From Alphaproteobacteria bacterium (lineage in GTDB: Bacteria; Pseudomonadota; Alphaproteobacteria; RF32; CAG-239), in assembly GCA_045633945.1 (NCBI GenBank), contig JAZQZH010000052.1, positions 28,322-92,321 of the forward strand: a stretch of DNA of 64,000 nucleotides, given 5' to 3'. Below the pieces are notes generated by a model. It worked only from the letters and a program-made list of their open reading frames with translations. It made no database searches and had not been told where the DNA came from. Below, piece by piece: positions 22,215-31,233 of this stretch (positions within the stretch are counted from its first letter, which is position 1; every line of letters starts with the position of its first letter). A program made the translations under genes and the position numbers.

Positions 22215-23564
22215 ATGACTAACAAACTATTTGGTACTGATGGAGTTAGAGGGGTTGCTAATGTGTACCCTATTAATGTAACTTTTGCATGTAAATTAGC
22301 TGATGTTTTAAGCGAGCTAGCGTGTAATAATAAGAAAAAAGTTGCCATTGCTAAGGATACTAGAATTTCTGGAGATATGATTGAAGCAGCTCTTTGTGCT
22401 GAATTTATGGCAAATGGTATTGACGTTATTACCCTTGGTGTTGTACCAACTCCACTTGTTACACTAAAAGCAAGCTCTCTTGATATTGATCTTGCAGTGA
22501 TGATAACTGCATCTCACAACCCTTATCATGATAATGGATTAAAAATAATTGATGCAAATGGCAATAAATTTGATGATAAATTTTATGAAGAAGTTGAAAA
22601 AAGAATCTCATCCCATGCTTTTGTTGAAAAAAATCCTGAAAAAATTGGTAAAAAAACACAAAACGAATCGCTCGCTGAAGAATATATTGCTTTTTTAAGA
22701 AAAATTGCCCCAAACTATAAAGCTCTACAGGGATTAAAGGTTGTTTTAGATTGCGCTAACGGTGCTTATTTCTATATTTTACCACAATTGTTTAAGGATT
22801 TGGGAGCCGGAGTTATTGCAATCAATAATGAACCAAATGGGTATAATATTAATAAAAACTGCGGATCGCAAGACACCAAGCAATTAGTAGAAACAGTAAA
22901 AGAATCACATGCTCATTTTGGTGTTGCAGTAGACGGAGATGGAGATAGAATAATTTTGGTTGATAACGAGGGAAATATAATTGATGGAGATCAGTTATTA
23001 GCATTTCTAGCAATATACCTTAAAAAACAACAAAAACTTTCTAATAATACCGTAATAAGCACAGAGTGGTCTAATCTTGGACTTGGTGAATATTTGATAA
23101 AAAATGGCTTCCAATATTTTAAAAGTAAAGTTGGCGAAAGATATGTTATTGACCTAATGAAAGAAAAAGAAGCCTCTCTTGGTGGCGAGCTAGTTGGTCA
23201 CATTGTGTTGTCTGATTATGCAAAAAGCGGGGATGCTGCGGCGGTGGCTGTAGTCATTTCTCTTGCATATTTGGAAACCCAAAAAGCGATGAGTGAAATA
23301 TTCCCAATATTTGAAGCATATCCTTGTGTTATTGAAAATATTAGATTTTCAAACAAAGAATATATGCAACAAAGTGTTGAATATGAAGATGTAAAAGAGG
23401 CTTTATCAAAAGCTAAAATAGCCCTTGGTATGAACAGTAATGTTATTGCAAGAAAATCTGGCACAGAGCCTGTTATAAAGCTAAGAATTGAAGGGCAGGA
23501 CGGTGCTTTGGTTGAAAAAATCGCACAAAATCTAAAAGAGTTAATTTTGCAATATAAAAAATAA
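22215..23564 (+). CDS. glmM: phosphoglucosamine mutase
   Basis: It has the FGTDGVRG N-terminus, the active-site motif ITASHNPYHDNG, and the metal-binding motif AVDGDGDR. Confidence 0.95.
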   Translation: MTNKLFGTDGVRGVANVYPINVTFACKLADVLSELACNNKKKVAIAKDTRISGDMIEAALCAEFMANGIDVITLGVVPTPLVTLKASSLDIDLAVMITASHNPYHDNGLKIIDANGNKFDDKFYEEVEKRISSHAFVEKNPEKIGKKTQNESLAEEYIAFLRKIAPNYKALQGLKVVLDCANGAYFYILPQLFKDLGAGVIAINNEPNGYNINKNCGSQDTKQLVETVKESHAHFGVAVDGDGDRIILVDNEGNIIDGDQLLAFLAIYLKKQQKLSNNTVISTEWSNLGLGEYLIKNGFQYFKSKVGERYVIDLMKEKEASLGGELVGHIVLSDYAKSGDAAAVAVVISLAYLETQKAMSEIFPIFEAYPCVIENIRFSNKEYMQQSVEYEDVKEALSKAKIALGMNSNVIARKSGTEPVIKLRIEGQDGALVEKIAQNLKELILQYKK

Positions 23565-23568
23565 TCTA

Positions 23569-25353
23569 CTATTGGGTTATACTGTTTATTTGTAGAAGGC
23601 TTTCTTTTATTTTTTCATCTTTTAGAGAGTGTGTAGGGGTATTTTTTATGCCATTTTTTATTTTGTGCTTTATTGCCTTCTTATTTATTTCGTCGCTATC
23701 TTCTTTTTGCAAAAGCGCTTGCTTCCAGAGAAAAACCGCTTCTGTTTTTCTTCCACCTAACCAATATGCATCACCTAAATGATCACTAATTATAGCGTTT
23801 CTTGGATTAATCTCTGATGCCTTTTCTAAATATATGATTGCGTTTTTATAATCACCTATTTTGAAATAAACCCATCCGAGACTATCCATTATTACACCAT
23901 CATTTGGCTCTTTTTCAAAAGCTTCAACAATAAATGCTGTGGCCTTATCTATGTTTATATTATTTTTCAACCAACTATACCCCAAATAATTTAGAACCTG
24001 AGGGTGACGATTGCTCAATGTTAGGGCTTTTTCTAAACTTTGCTCTGCTTTCATCCAGTTATTACTCTTATCATATGATATTGCTAATGCATAAAAAACG
24101 GGCCAATATTTTTCATTTTCATAAAAAATAGAATCGATAGCCTTATTATAATATTTTATAGCCTCTTCTTGATTGTTGCTAATTCTTAAAGCATCTCCTA
24201 AATTATATAGAATCTGAAAGTTATTAGGATTGTGTTTTAGTAAGTTTTTCAAAACTTTTATTGCTTCAACATGTTTTTCTTCTAACATTAAATTGTTCGC
24301 TTTTTTTATTTGCGCAGGATAGTACATTTCTGAATCTTTTTTTATCGAATCGTAATATTTATTGGCTTCTTTGAACATTTGTCTTTCTTCAAAAATATCT
24401 GCCATAGCAATTTTAGTTACATCATTATCCGGATTAAAATATTCGGATATAGACATATATATCTGTGCATATTCTACACCTGATGGTATGGCTTTAAACA
24501 ATAGAGCTATTTCAAGAAAAACCTCTCCTGCACCCATTTCTGGCGTTTTTACTATTTTTGCTACAGATGATTTACTTTGTTTTACTTTTTTGCTTAAACT
24601 TGTGAGCATTTCTTTTAGATTTGTTGCACCATAATATTTATTAACCAAAGCTACGGCTTCTTCCTTTTTGTTGGTACGAACCATAAAATTAGATATGATT
24701 TGCAAAGCCCTAAAAGATATATCATTAGCATTATTTTTTATGATTGAATTATAATATTTTTCTGCATTTTCTGGTAAATCAAAATACTCAGAAATCATGC
24801 CCGCGTGTAGATTATATACTGTTATTGTTTCGCTATTGTTTAATACATCTAGCGCTCTTATAGCTTCATTATATTTACCATCTCCAGCGTATGCCCATGC
24901 GTTAAAAAGAGGAGTTATTAGTTTTTTATATGTTTTTTCATTTATATTAGCTAAAATACTACGTGAAAAACCATAGTTTCCTTTTTTAAATTCATAAACT
25001 GCATTTAGGGTGTCTACAAAACTATTATCGTCTTCTTTGTTGTGAGCCATATTTGCATATTTTACAGCCCCATCTATATCTCCTTTTGACACAAGAATTG
25101 CATATGTTTTACTTAATATGTCTGAATTCACCAAGCCTTGATCTAGAGTTTTTATATAATATTTAGAGGCCTTATCATAATCTCTTCTTAGATGAGCAAC
25201 TCTTCCTGCAAGATAATTACCATATATGCTTTCTTTTCTCTCTATATATACAAACTTATTTTGCACCTCTGGTATGTTTAAGAATGTTCCAGTACATGAA
25301 TTAAAGAGCCCCAAACCACTTAATAATGTTATAATATACCCTATTTTTAGCAT
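23569..25353 (-). CDS. TPR repeat protein, possibly an envelope lipoprotein
   Basis: The protein is 594 aa. Its N-terminus MLKIGYIITLLSGLGLFNSC resembles a signal or lipoprotein sequence. It has many TPR-like units (for example AIKYYNKAIDS and AIIYLEKASEINPRNA). Confidence 0.7.
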   Translation of the reverse strand: MLKIGYIITLLSGLGLFNSCTGTFLNIPEVQNKFVYIERKESIYGNYLAGRVAHLRRDYDKASKYYIKTLDQGLVNSDILSKTYAILVSKGDIDGAVKYANMAHNKEDDNSFVDTLNAVYEFKKGNYGFSRSILANINEKTYKKLITPLFNAWAYAGDGKYNEAIRALDVLNNSETITVYNLHAGMISEYFDLPENAEKYYNSIIKNNANDISFRALQIISNFMVRTNKKEEAVALVNKYYGATNLKEMLTSLSKKVKQSKSSVAKIVKTPEMGAGEVFLEIALLFKAIPSGVEYAQIYMSISEYFNPDNDVTKIAMADIFEERQMFKEANKYYDSIKKDSEMYYPAQIKKANNLMLEEKHVEAIKVLKNLLKHNPNNFQILYNLGDALRISNNQEEAIKYYNKAIDSIFYENEKYWPVFYALAISYDKSNNWMKAEQSLEKALTLSNRHPQVLNYLGYSWLKNNINIDKATAFIVEAFEKEPNDGVIMDSLGWVYFKIGDYKNAIIYLEKASEINPRNAIISDHLGDAYWLGGRKTEAVFLWKQALLQKEDSDEINKKAIKHKIKNGIKNTPTHSLKDEKIKESLLQINSITQ

Positions 25354-25467
25354 TTTTTATAAATTTCCTACCTGTTTTGGTTTATTTTAGCAAATTTTGC
25401 TTAACTTTAAACTAATTATATTATATATGTGTAAATAATTGCTTTATATTGCAATAAAAAGTGTTAT

Positions 25468-26271
25468 ATGTATAAACTGCTAGTAATGAATAAACAAATT
25501 GACATAAAAGAACTACTTGATTGGTATATTTTTGCAGGTGTTACGGAAACCTGTGGTGATGAGGTGTGTCTAAATTGCGATAAAGGCGAAAAAGAAAAAA
25601 TAATTACACCAAATTTAATAGAAAAGACCACGACTCCTGTTAGTGTAAAAAATATTATACAATCAAACGCATCTAAGAATGCAAAAGATGTGTGCAATAA
25701 GGCAAACTCTATAGATGAGTTATTAGATATTTTGTTAAAATTCAATGGGTGTACATTAAAAAACTCTGCAGCATCAACAATTTTGGGAGATGGAAATAGA
25801 AATGCCGACATCATGTTAATTGGTGAAGCGCCTGGAGCAGATGAAGATAGAATCGGCAAACCTTTTGTCGGACGATGCGGCAAACTTTTAGACAAGATGC
25901 TTGAAGCTATTGAGGTTAAGAGGGAAGATTGTTATATAACAAATATTTTACCATGGAGACCTCCTGGTAACCGTGCTCCAACAGATGATGAGCTTGCTAT
26001 TTGCTTACCATTTTTAATGAAACAAATTGAACTAATTAAACCCAAATATATCCTTCTTCTTGGTGGTATAGCTCTTAAATCTGTTATGGATACACCTGAT
26101 TCAATTTCAAAAACTAGAGGAAAATGGCTTGAGTATAAATTAAAAGATGGTCAAAGCATTAATGTTTTGGCAACGTTTCATCCGTCTTATTTATTACGTA
26201 GTTCTTCACAAAAATCTAAAGCATGGATTGATTTATTGAGATTAAAGAAAAAAATAGAAGAAAATGTGTAA
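25468..26271 (+). CDS. uracil-DNA glycosylase, family 4
   Basis: It has the motif [24 protein letters not shown] and HPSYLLR, plus an N-terminal extension of about 95 aa. Confidence 0.85.
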   Translation: MYKLLVMNKQIDIKELLDWYIFAGVTETCGDEVCLNCDKGEKEKIITPNLIEKTTTPVSVKNIIQSNASKNAKDVCNKANSIDELLDILLKFNGCTLKNSAASTILGDGNRNADIMLIGEAPGADEDRIGKPFVGRCGKLLDKMLEAIEVKREDCYITNILPWRPPGNRAPTDDELAICLPFLMKQIELIKPKYILLLGGIALKSVMDTPDSISKTRGKWLEYKLKDGQSINVLATFHPSYLLRSSSQKSKAWIDLLRLKKKIEENV

Positions 26272-26371
26272 AATATTTTTTAAATTTGTTTATTTTACTT
26301 TTTAATTAAGAAAAATTAAATAATCTATCAGCTATATTACAGTAAAATAAAAGTTATTGTGAGGTTTTGAT

Positions 26372-27115
26372 ATGATGAAAACTATAAAAAAATGTGCATT
26401 AATTATGCTTGGTGTATCTCTTATACTCCCTTGTTCTTTATTTGCAGCACCAAATGATGCAACTAAAGAAAAAGAACCAACAACCCGCTCTGATGCTGTT
26501 ATATTCAAAATACATAACGTGAATCCAATTTCTGAAGAGGGTGTTGTTACTGGGTGTGATTTTACCGTTACTCTTTATAATAGAACAGCTATCAACTTTA
26601 GAAACTTTACAATAAATCTTAATTGGCAAGATATTGTTAGTGAGCAATTTAAGTTTAGCAAATATGTTGAAGCGGTCGTTCCTCAAGAAGATATGGAAAA
26701 ATTTAAAGACGTAATTAAAGAGGATACACCTGACAAACCTCTTACAACTACTGTAACTGTAAATGCTTTTGGTGCAGATAAACAAATTTCTTTACGCTCT
26801 CATGTTGACAATGAGAAATGTTATTTACTGCTTAATAAAGCGACTTACAATGTTACACCATGTGAAATTGCTAGAAGCGCATCTGTTGCTGAAATGGGTA
26901 TTGATAAAGACAACAAGGACTGCACAGGCTTATTCCAACTTGTAGATACAAACAACCCTGAGTATTTCGGTGTATTTAAGCGCCTTTCCCTTACAGAAGA
27001 GGCTCAACAAGAAGATTTCTTAGAAGCTCAAGAATTAGCAGATATAGATATTGTTATTAATAAAATTGTTGAAAATTTAGGAGCTTCTGACAATACGTTG
27101 AATAATATTAACTAA
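26372..27115 (+). CDS. hypothetical secreted protein (paralog-like to the next gene)
   Basis: It has a signal peptide (MMKTIKKCALIMLGVSLILPCSLFA). GAGG lies 7 nt upstream. The mature part has four Cys. I recognise no family. Confidence 0.55.
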   Translation: MMKTIKKCALIMLGVSLILPCSLFAAPNDATKEKEPTTRSDAVIFKIHNVNPISEEGVVTGCDFTVTLYNRTAINFRNFTINLNWQDIVSEQFKFSKYVEAVVPQEDMEKFKDVIKEDTPDKPLTTTVTVNAFGADKQISLRSHVDNEKCYLLLNKATYNVTPCEIARSASVAEMGIDKDNKDCTGLFQLVDTNNPEYFGVFKRLSLTEEAQQEDFLEAQELADIDIVINKIVENLGASDNTLNNIN

Positions 27116-27125
27116 GGATTTACCT

Positions 27126-27824
27126 ATGAAAAAATTTGCTTTATGTTTTCTTATTTCTGCGGGAGTGCTCTTATCATGCCCTCTTAAGGCGCAAATATTG
27201 GATGATGAGGGAATGACCGACGAAGGGTATGAAGAATTGTTCGATGAAATGTATGGTGAGGAGATAAAAAAAGAAAACTCCATTGAAGAAGCCATGTATG
27301 GAAGCGATAAAGAGGAAAACAACATTGAGGCCAGCGACCGCTCTATGTCTTTAGAAAGTGGAGCAAAAATTCTTGCTAAACATCTTGATGAAATAAAAAG
27401 ACAAAAAGAGATGGAAAAATTTGCACCATCTCCTGAAGTTGCAGAATCGGAACTCAAAGGTGAAATTTTTATTGGTATTTCAAAAGGAAGCTTTGTATTG
27501 TTTAAGGATGTATTAAACAGAACAATGTGTTCTTTTGGTGTTACTGTTAAGTCTACTCTTGATAAAGATATACGCATGTTGGCGCTTAAACTAGCTTTCC
27601 CTCTACAAGATTATGCTTTTATATATAGAGATATTAAAGCGAATGGAGTTGAAGAAAAATTTATACGCGGTGTAGGAGATATCTGTTTTAACTTATCTGA
27701 AGCACCTGATATTGAAATTAATAGATGTAGAATATATGGAGCTAATGAGGATGAGTGTGCGAAAAGAATAAAATGGGATCCAAAAATTGAATCGCCTGAT
27801 TTATCAAAGAGTCCTTATTTATAA
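27126..27824 (+). CDS. hypothetical secreted protein with an acidic N-terminal region
   Basis: It has a signal peptide (MKKFALCFLISAGVLLSCPLKA). AAGGA lies upstream. The segment CSFGVTVKSTLDKDIRMLALKLAFPLQD resembles CDFTVTLYNRTAINFRNFTINLNWQD of the preceding protein. Confidence 0.55.
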   Translation: MKKFALCFLISAGVLLSCPLKAQILDDEGMTDEGYEELFDEMYGEEIKKENSIEEAMYGSDKEENNIEASDRSMSLESGAKILAKHLDEIKRQKEMEKFAPSPEVAESELKGEIFIGISKGSFVLFKDVLNRTMCSFGVTVKSTLDKDIRMLALKLAFPLQDYAFIYRDIKANGVEEKFIRGVGDICFNLSEAPDIEINRCRIYGANEDECAKRIKWDPKIESPDLSKSPYL

Positions 27825-27832
27825 TATTTAAA

Positions 27833-27859
27833 AGACCTCTTCAAGAGGTCTTTATTTTT
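27833..27859 (+). terminator. rho-independent terminator
   Basis: The stem agacctct (27833-27840) pairs with agaggtct (27844-27851) around loop tca, followed by ttatttttc. Confidence 0.7.
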
Positions 27860-27869
27860 CCAAAAAGTG

Positions 27870-27898
27870 TTGCTTTTGTCGAAAAAATATGGTATTAT
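27870..27898 (+). promoter_or_regulatory. putative sigma-70-type promoter
   Basis: TTGCTT (27870-27875), a 17-nt spacer, and TATTAT (27893-27898) lie about 40 nt upstream of ATG 27940. Chance matches are common in AT-rich DNA. Confidence 0.3.
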
Positions 27899-27939
27899 AT
27901 ACTTTGAAATGTAAGTATATGTAACTAAATTATTTTGGT

Positions 27940-28278
27940 ATGGAAAACAACGGTTTTAAAAACTTTGTGTTCAGCCTTTTGTGGGCTATGATTTGTGCTT
28001 GGCTGGTTATGAAGTTGGTTATATTCATAGATGCACAATATCACTTATCGCAGATAGCTTTCGCTCCAGCGGTTATTAATTTCATCAATGGATTCGGAAT
28101 ATCTGCTAGAATGGTGCTCTTTGTTATAATCACCGCGATACTTCTTTTCACCGGTGCACACAAATGGTTTGGAGGCATGCTTGTATATGTTTTGGGTTTT
28201 GCCTACATTGCATTTTTCGTTGCACTAGGTGGTGCTGTTATCTACTACGTTTTCGTGTGGCTAACAGGTTCCCTGTAA
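27940..28278 (+). CDS. hypothetical small integral membrane protein
   Basis: The protein is 112 aa with three or four hydrophobic helices. It is bracketed by two good terminators, so it looks like a monocistronic unit. Confidence 0.55.
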   Translation: MENNGFKNFVFSLLWAMICAWLVMKLVIFIDAQYHLSQIAFAPAVINFINGFGISARMVLFVIITAILLFTGAHKWFGGMLVYVLGFAYIAFFVALGGAVIYYVFVWLTGSL

Positions 28279-28282
28279 AAAA

Positions 28283-28328
28283 GAGAGTTGTTGTTTGGGA
28301 TTTGTCCCAAGTAACAACTCTTTTTTTG
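28283..28328 (+). terminator. rho-independent terminator
   Basis: gagttgtt (28285-28292) pairs with aacaactc (28313-28320), and the inner ggga pairs with tccc. T7 follows (28321-28327). Confidence 0.7.
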
Positions 28329-28330
28329 TT

Positions 28331-28359
28331 TTGATTAGTTGATTTTTTACTATTATATT
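28331..28359 (+). promoter_or_regulatory. putative sigma-70-type promoter for tolQRA
   Basis: TTGATT (28331-28336), a 17-nt spacer, and TATATT (28354-28359) lie about 50 nt upstream of ATG 28411. This is a low-specificity match in AT-rich DNA. Confidence 0.3.
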
Positions 28360-28410
28360 GATACAAATAACTTAATCTAGTTAAAGCTTTAATTTTTGAA
28401 GAGGAATAAT

Positions 28411-29145
28411 ATGGAAACAGAAGTAGCAACAGAAGCTGTTAATCAGCTTTCTATGTGGAGCATGGTTTGGTCGTCTGACCTTATTACTAAGGCGGTTATG
28501 ATTGGGCTTATTGCGGCATCGATTTGGTCATGGGCTATTATCTTTGAAAAGTTTAATACACTTAGAAACGTAAAAAGATTATCTAAAATATTTGAAGAAA
28601 GATTTTGGTCGGGTGGTTCACTTGATAAATTGTATGACTCTATTGGAACCCCTCAAGACCCTATGTCAGCCATGTTTATGGCCGCAATGAAAGAGTGGAG
28701 AAGAACAAATATTATGAAATCTAAAACTGATAGAGGTTTGAGAGGTGTTTCTTTGCAACAAAGAATCGAGAAATCCATGATGGTATCTATGGATAAAGAC
28801 CTTGATGAATTAGATAATAATCTTGGTTTTCTGGCGTCTACCGGCTCTGTTGCCCCTCTTGTTGGTTTGTTTGGTACGGTGTGGGGTATTATTTCTTGTT
28901 TTAATGCTATTGCTGTTACACAAAGCAACTCTTTGACATCTATTGCTCCTGGTATTGCTGAAGCGCTATTCACCACCGCTTTTGGTTTGATTGCTGCAAT
29001 TCCAGCTTATGTTGCATACAATATCATTACATCTGAAATTGAAAGATATGCTAAAAAGCTTGAGAACTTTATGGCAGAGTTTTCTAGTATTTTATCTAGA
29101 GAAATCGATGATAATGCAATTAGAGCTGAAATGGCTGGAGAATAG
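28411..29145 (+). CDS. tolQ: Tol-Pal system protein TolQ (MotA/TolQ/ExbB family)
   Basis: It has three TM helices and the conserved sequence PLVGLFGTVWGIISCF...IAPGIAEALFTTAFGL. ATG 28411 follows GAAGAGGA. Confidence 0.9.
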   Translation: METEVATEAVNQLSMWSMVWSSDLITKAVMIGLIAASIWSWAIIFEKFNTLRNVKRLSKIFEERFWSGGSLDKLYDSIGTPQDPMSAMFMAAMKEWRRTNIMKSKTDRGLRGVSLQQRIEKSMMVSMDKDLDELDNNLGFLASTGSVAPLVGLFGTVWGIISCFNAIAVTQSNSLTSIAPGIAEALFTTAFGLIAAIPAYVAYNIITSEIERYAKKLENFMAEFSSILSREIDDNAIRAEMAGE

Positions 29146-29150
29146 TCAAT

Positions 29151-29576
29151 ATGTCAATTACGAACACAAGAAGTGCTAGAAGAGTTAGTCGTCGAAATGC
29201 AAATATTAATATGACAAATCTCATGGATGTTATGATGGTTTTGCTTGTTGTATTTATGGTGGCTGCTCCTTTGATGACATCTGGTATACCTTTAGACTTA
29301 CCCAAAGTTGGTGGCGGAACCCTTAATGGAAAAGACACTTCAATAAATATTAGCGTTGATAAAAATGGAATTTATTATATCGGGCAAAGCGAAATTGAGC
29401 CTGAGACAATAATTGATAAGATTATGGCTATTAAAGGAGAAAACAAAGAGGTAACTATTACAATTTCTGGTGATGCAGAATCGAATTACGGTAGTGTAAT
29501 TGGCTTAATGGCTTTGCTAAAAGATGCAGGATTTAGCAAAGTTGGGCTAAAAACAGAAGCAAGAAAAAAGAAATAG
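29151..29576 (+). CDS. tolR: Tol-Pal system protein TolR (ExbD/TolR family)
   Basis: It has the sequence NMTNLMDVMMVLLVVFMVAAP (single TM) followed by the ExbD periplasmic domain. It sits immediately after tolQ. Confidence 0.9.
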   Translation: MSITNTRSARRVSRRNANINMTNLMDVMMVLLVVFMVAAPLMTSGIPLDLPKVGGGTLNGKDTSINISVDKNGIYYIGQSEIEPETIIDKIMAIKGENKEVTITISGDAESNYGSVIGLMALLKDAGFSKVGLKTEARKKK

Positions 29577-29589
29577 AAAGTCTTTATAT

Positions 29590-30618
29590 ATGAACGTTCA
29601 AAAAAGGTATATATATAACTCTATTTTGTTGCACATAGCTGTTGTCTTGCTATGTGTCTTTGATATACCTTTTTTATCTAGCAAGCAAAATTTTGATGAG
29701 CAACCCCCTATAATTGTTAGTTTGGAAGATGTAAAGATTTCTGATATTACAAATCTCCCCGAAAAGGCTGTTGTCGGTGAAGAAAAAAAACCAGCAACAA
29801 GAAAAGAGCGCCAAGTACAAGAAGTTGCACAGAAAATTACTCCTTCTAAACCTGAGCCGGTAACTGAAGAAAGAGCACCTAAGGAATCTAAGGTAGAGGA
29901 ACTGGATATTAAGGCTCCCTCTTTGATAGAAGATAAGCCAAAGTTTGAAGAGAAATTAGAGGAGCCCAAAAAAGAATCTCCAAAACCTCAAAAGGAAAAG
30001 AAAAAACCTGCGCCTATTCCTCAGAAAAAGCCTCAAGTGAAACCAACAAAAAAAACAGAACAAAAGAAAAAAACAACACCAAAGAGTGAACCTCAAAAAA
30101 CTCCTACTCCAAACAACAAAAAGCAGGCAGTAAAAACAGCTAATCCTCTTGCAAGCCTAATGAACTCTGTTGATGATTTACAAAAACAAATAGGAGAAGA
30201 GGATGCGTTAGCTCAAATACCATCTAATGAACCAGTAAACAATATGGGCGTTGAGGGTGGAAATTCTAAAGGTTCTTACTTTAGTGAGTTATCTATTTCT
30301 GGTGTTGATTTTGTAAAATCAAAAATACAAGAAAGTTGGAAAACTATTGCTGGGGGTAAAGACGATAGAAATATTGAAGTATTTATAAATGTTAAACTTA
30401 CAAAAGAGGGATTGATTCAATCTGTTAATATTGAAGATATGCGAAGATATCGTTCTGACACATACTTCCAAGCACTGGCTGATAGTGCAGAAAGAGCTAT
30501 TTATATTGCTCAAGAAGTACATGAGGTCTTTAAGGTTTTAGCAAGACAAAGTGGATCATCTTATAATAAATGGAAAGATATACGTTTTAGATTTACGCCT
30601 CTTGGGCTTACCAAATAA
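29590..30618 (+). CDS. tolA: TolA-like cell envelope integrity protein
   Basis: It has an N-terminal TM helix, a long K/P/E-rich linker (KPQKEKKKPAPIPQKKPQVKPTKK) and a globular C-terminal domain. Its position after tolQR supports the call. Confidence 0.7.
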   Translation: MNVQKRYIYNSILLHIAVVLLCVFDIPFLSSKQNFDEQPPIIVSLEDVKISDITNLPEKAVVGEEKKPATRKERQVQEVAQKITPSKPEPVTEERAPKESKVEELDIKAPSLIEDKPKFEEKLEEPKKESPKPQKEKKKPAPIPQKKPQVKPTKKTEQKKKTTPKSEPQKTPTPNNKKQAVKTANPLASLMNSVDDLQKQIGEEDALAQIPSNEPVNNMGVEGGNSKGSYFSELSISGVDFVKSKIQESWKTIAGGKDDRNIEVFINVKLTKEGLIQSVNIEDMRRYRSDTYFQALADSAERAIYIAQEVHEVFKVLARQSGSSYNKWKDIRFRFTPLGLTK

Positions 30619-30624
30619 TGCCTA

Positions 30625-31233
30625 TTAGATATTTAATCTATACCCACTATTCTCAGTAATGATTATTTGCGAATTGCCATTTTGTTCCACTTTTTGTCTT
30701 AGTCTATATATATGGGTTTCTATGGTATGAGTTGTCATTTCTACGCTATATCCCCATACATTTTTTAGCAACTCTTCTTTGCTTATAATTTCAGGCGCGT
30801 GAGAATATAAATATTTTAATATTACCACCTCTTTTTCAGTTAATTTTACAGTGGTTGATGGTGTTGTTATTTCTTTTGTAACTGGATAGAGTGTATATTC
30901 TTTAAACATTATACATTCTTTGTGGCGAACTTTGGGTAATAAAGTGTTTATAGATAATGATTGCAAAAATTCCACTAACGAAAATGGTTTGACTACCACT
31001 AAATCCACAAAATCTAATATTTTTGCTTCTCTTAAAAATAATACTATTGGATGTTTTTTGTATAATACTGACAATTTTTTTGCCATAACCTCATCTTCAT
31101 CTACAAAAAATATCTCACATGAGTTATCGTGATTGTTTGTTAAAATCTCCATGGATGGTAATTGTAGATTTATTTGATGAGAAAAATCTTCTAAAAATAA
31201 TTCATTTTGAGATATTATACTTATTTTATTCAT
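30625..31233 (-). CDS. atypical OmpR-family response regulator (degenerate receiver + winged-helix domain)
   Basis: The C-terminal trans_reg_C-like domain reads LTEKEVVILKYLYSHAPEIISKEELLKNVWGY...THTIETHIYRLRQKV...GYRL. The receiver lacks the N-terminal acidic pair (ISIISQNEL instead of xxDD). FFVDEDE and VVVKPF are retained. Confidence 0.75.
   Translation of the reverse strand: MNKISIISQNELFLEDFSHQINLQLPSMEILTNNHDNSCEIFFVDEDEVMAKKLSVLYKKHPIVLFLREAKILDFVDLVVVKPFSLVEFLQSLSINTLLPKVRHKECIMFKEYTLYPVTKEITTPSTTVKLTEKEVVILKYLYSHAPEIISKEELLKNVWGYSVEMTTHTIETHIYRLRQKVEQNGNSQIIITENSGYRLNI

Noticed and set aside
25354-25467. Small palindromes (agcaaattttgct and attgc..gcaat) in the divergent promoter region between the TPR gene and the UDG gene, considered as possible operator sites.
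   Set aside because: They are short AT-rich palindromes of the kind expected by chance in this composition. There is no adjacent regulator to link them to.
25464-25895. A 143-aa minus-strand ORF opposite the uracil-DNA glycosylase gene.
   Set aside because: The plus-strand frame carries unmistakable family 4 UDG motifs. The antisense ORF has no recognisable features.
27077-27577. A 166-aa minus-strand ORF opposite the second secreted protein gene.
   Set aside because: The plus-strand ORF has an SD, a signal peptide and a downstream terminator. The antisense ORF is S-rich and lacks start context.
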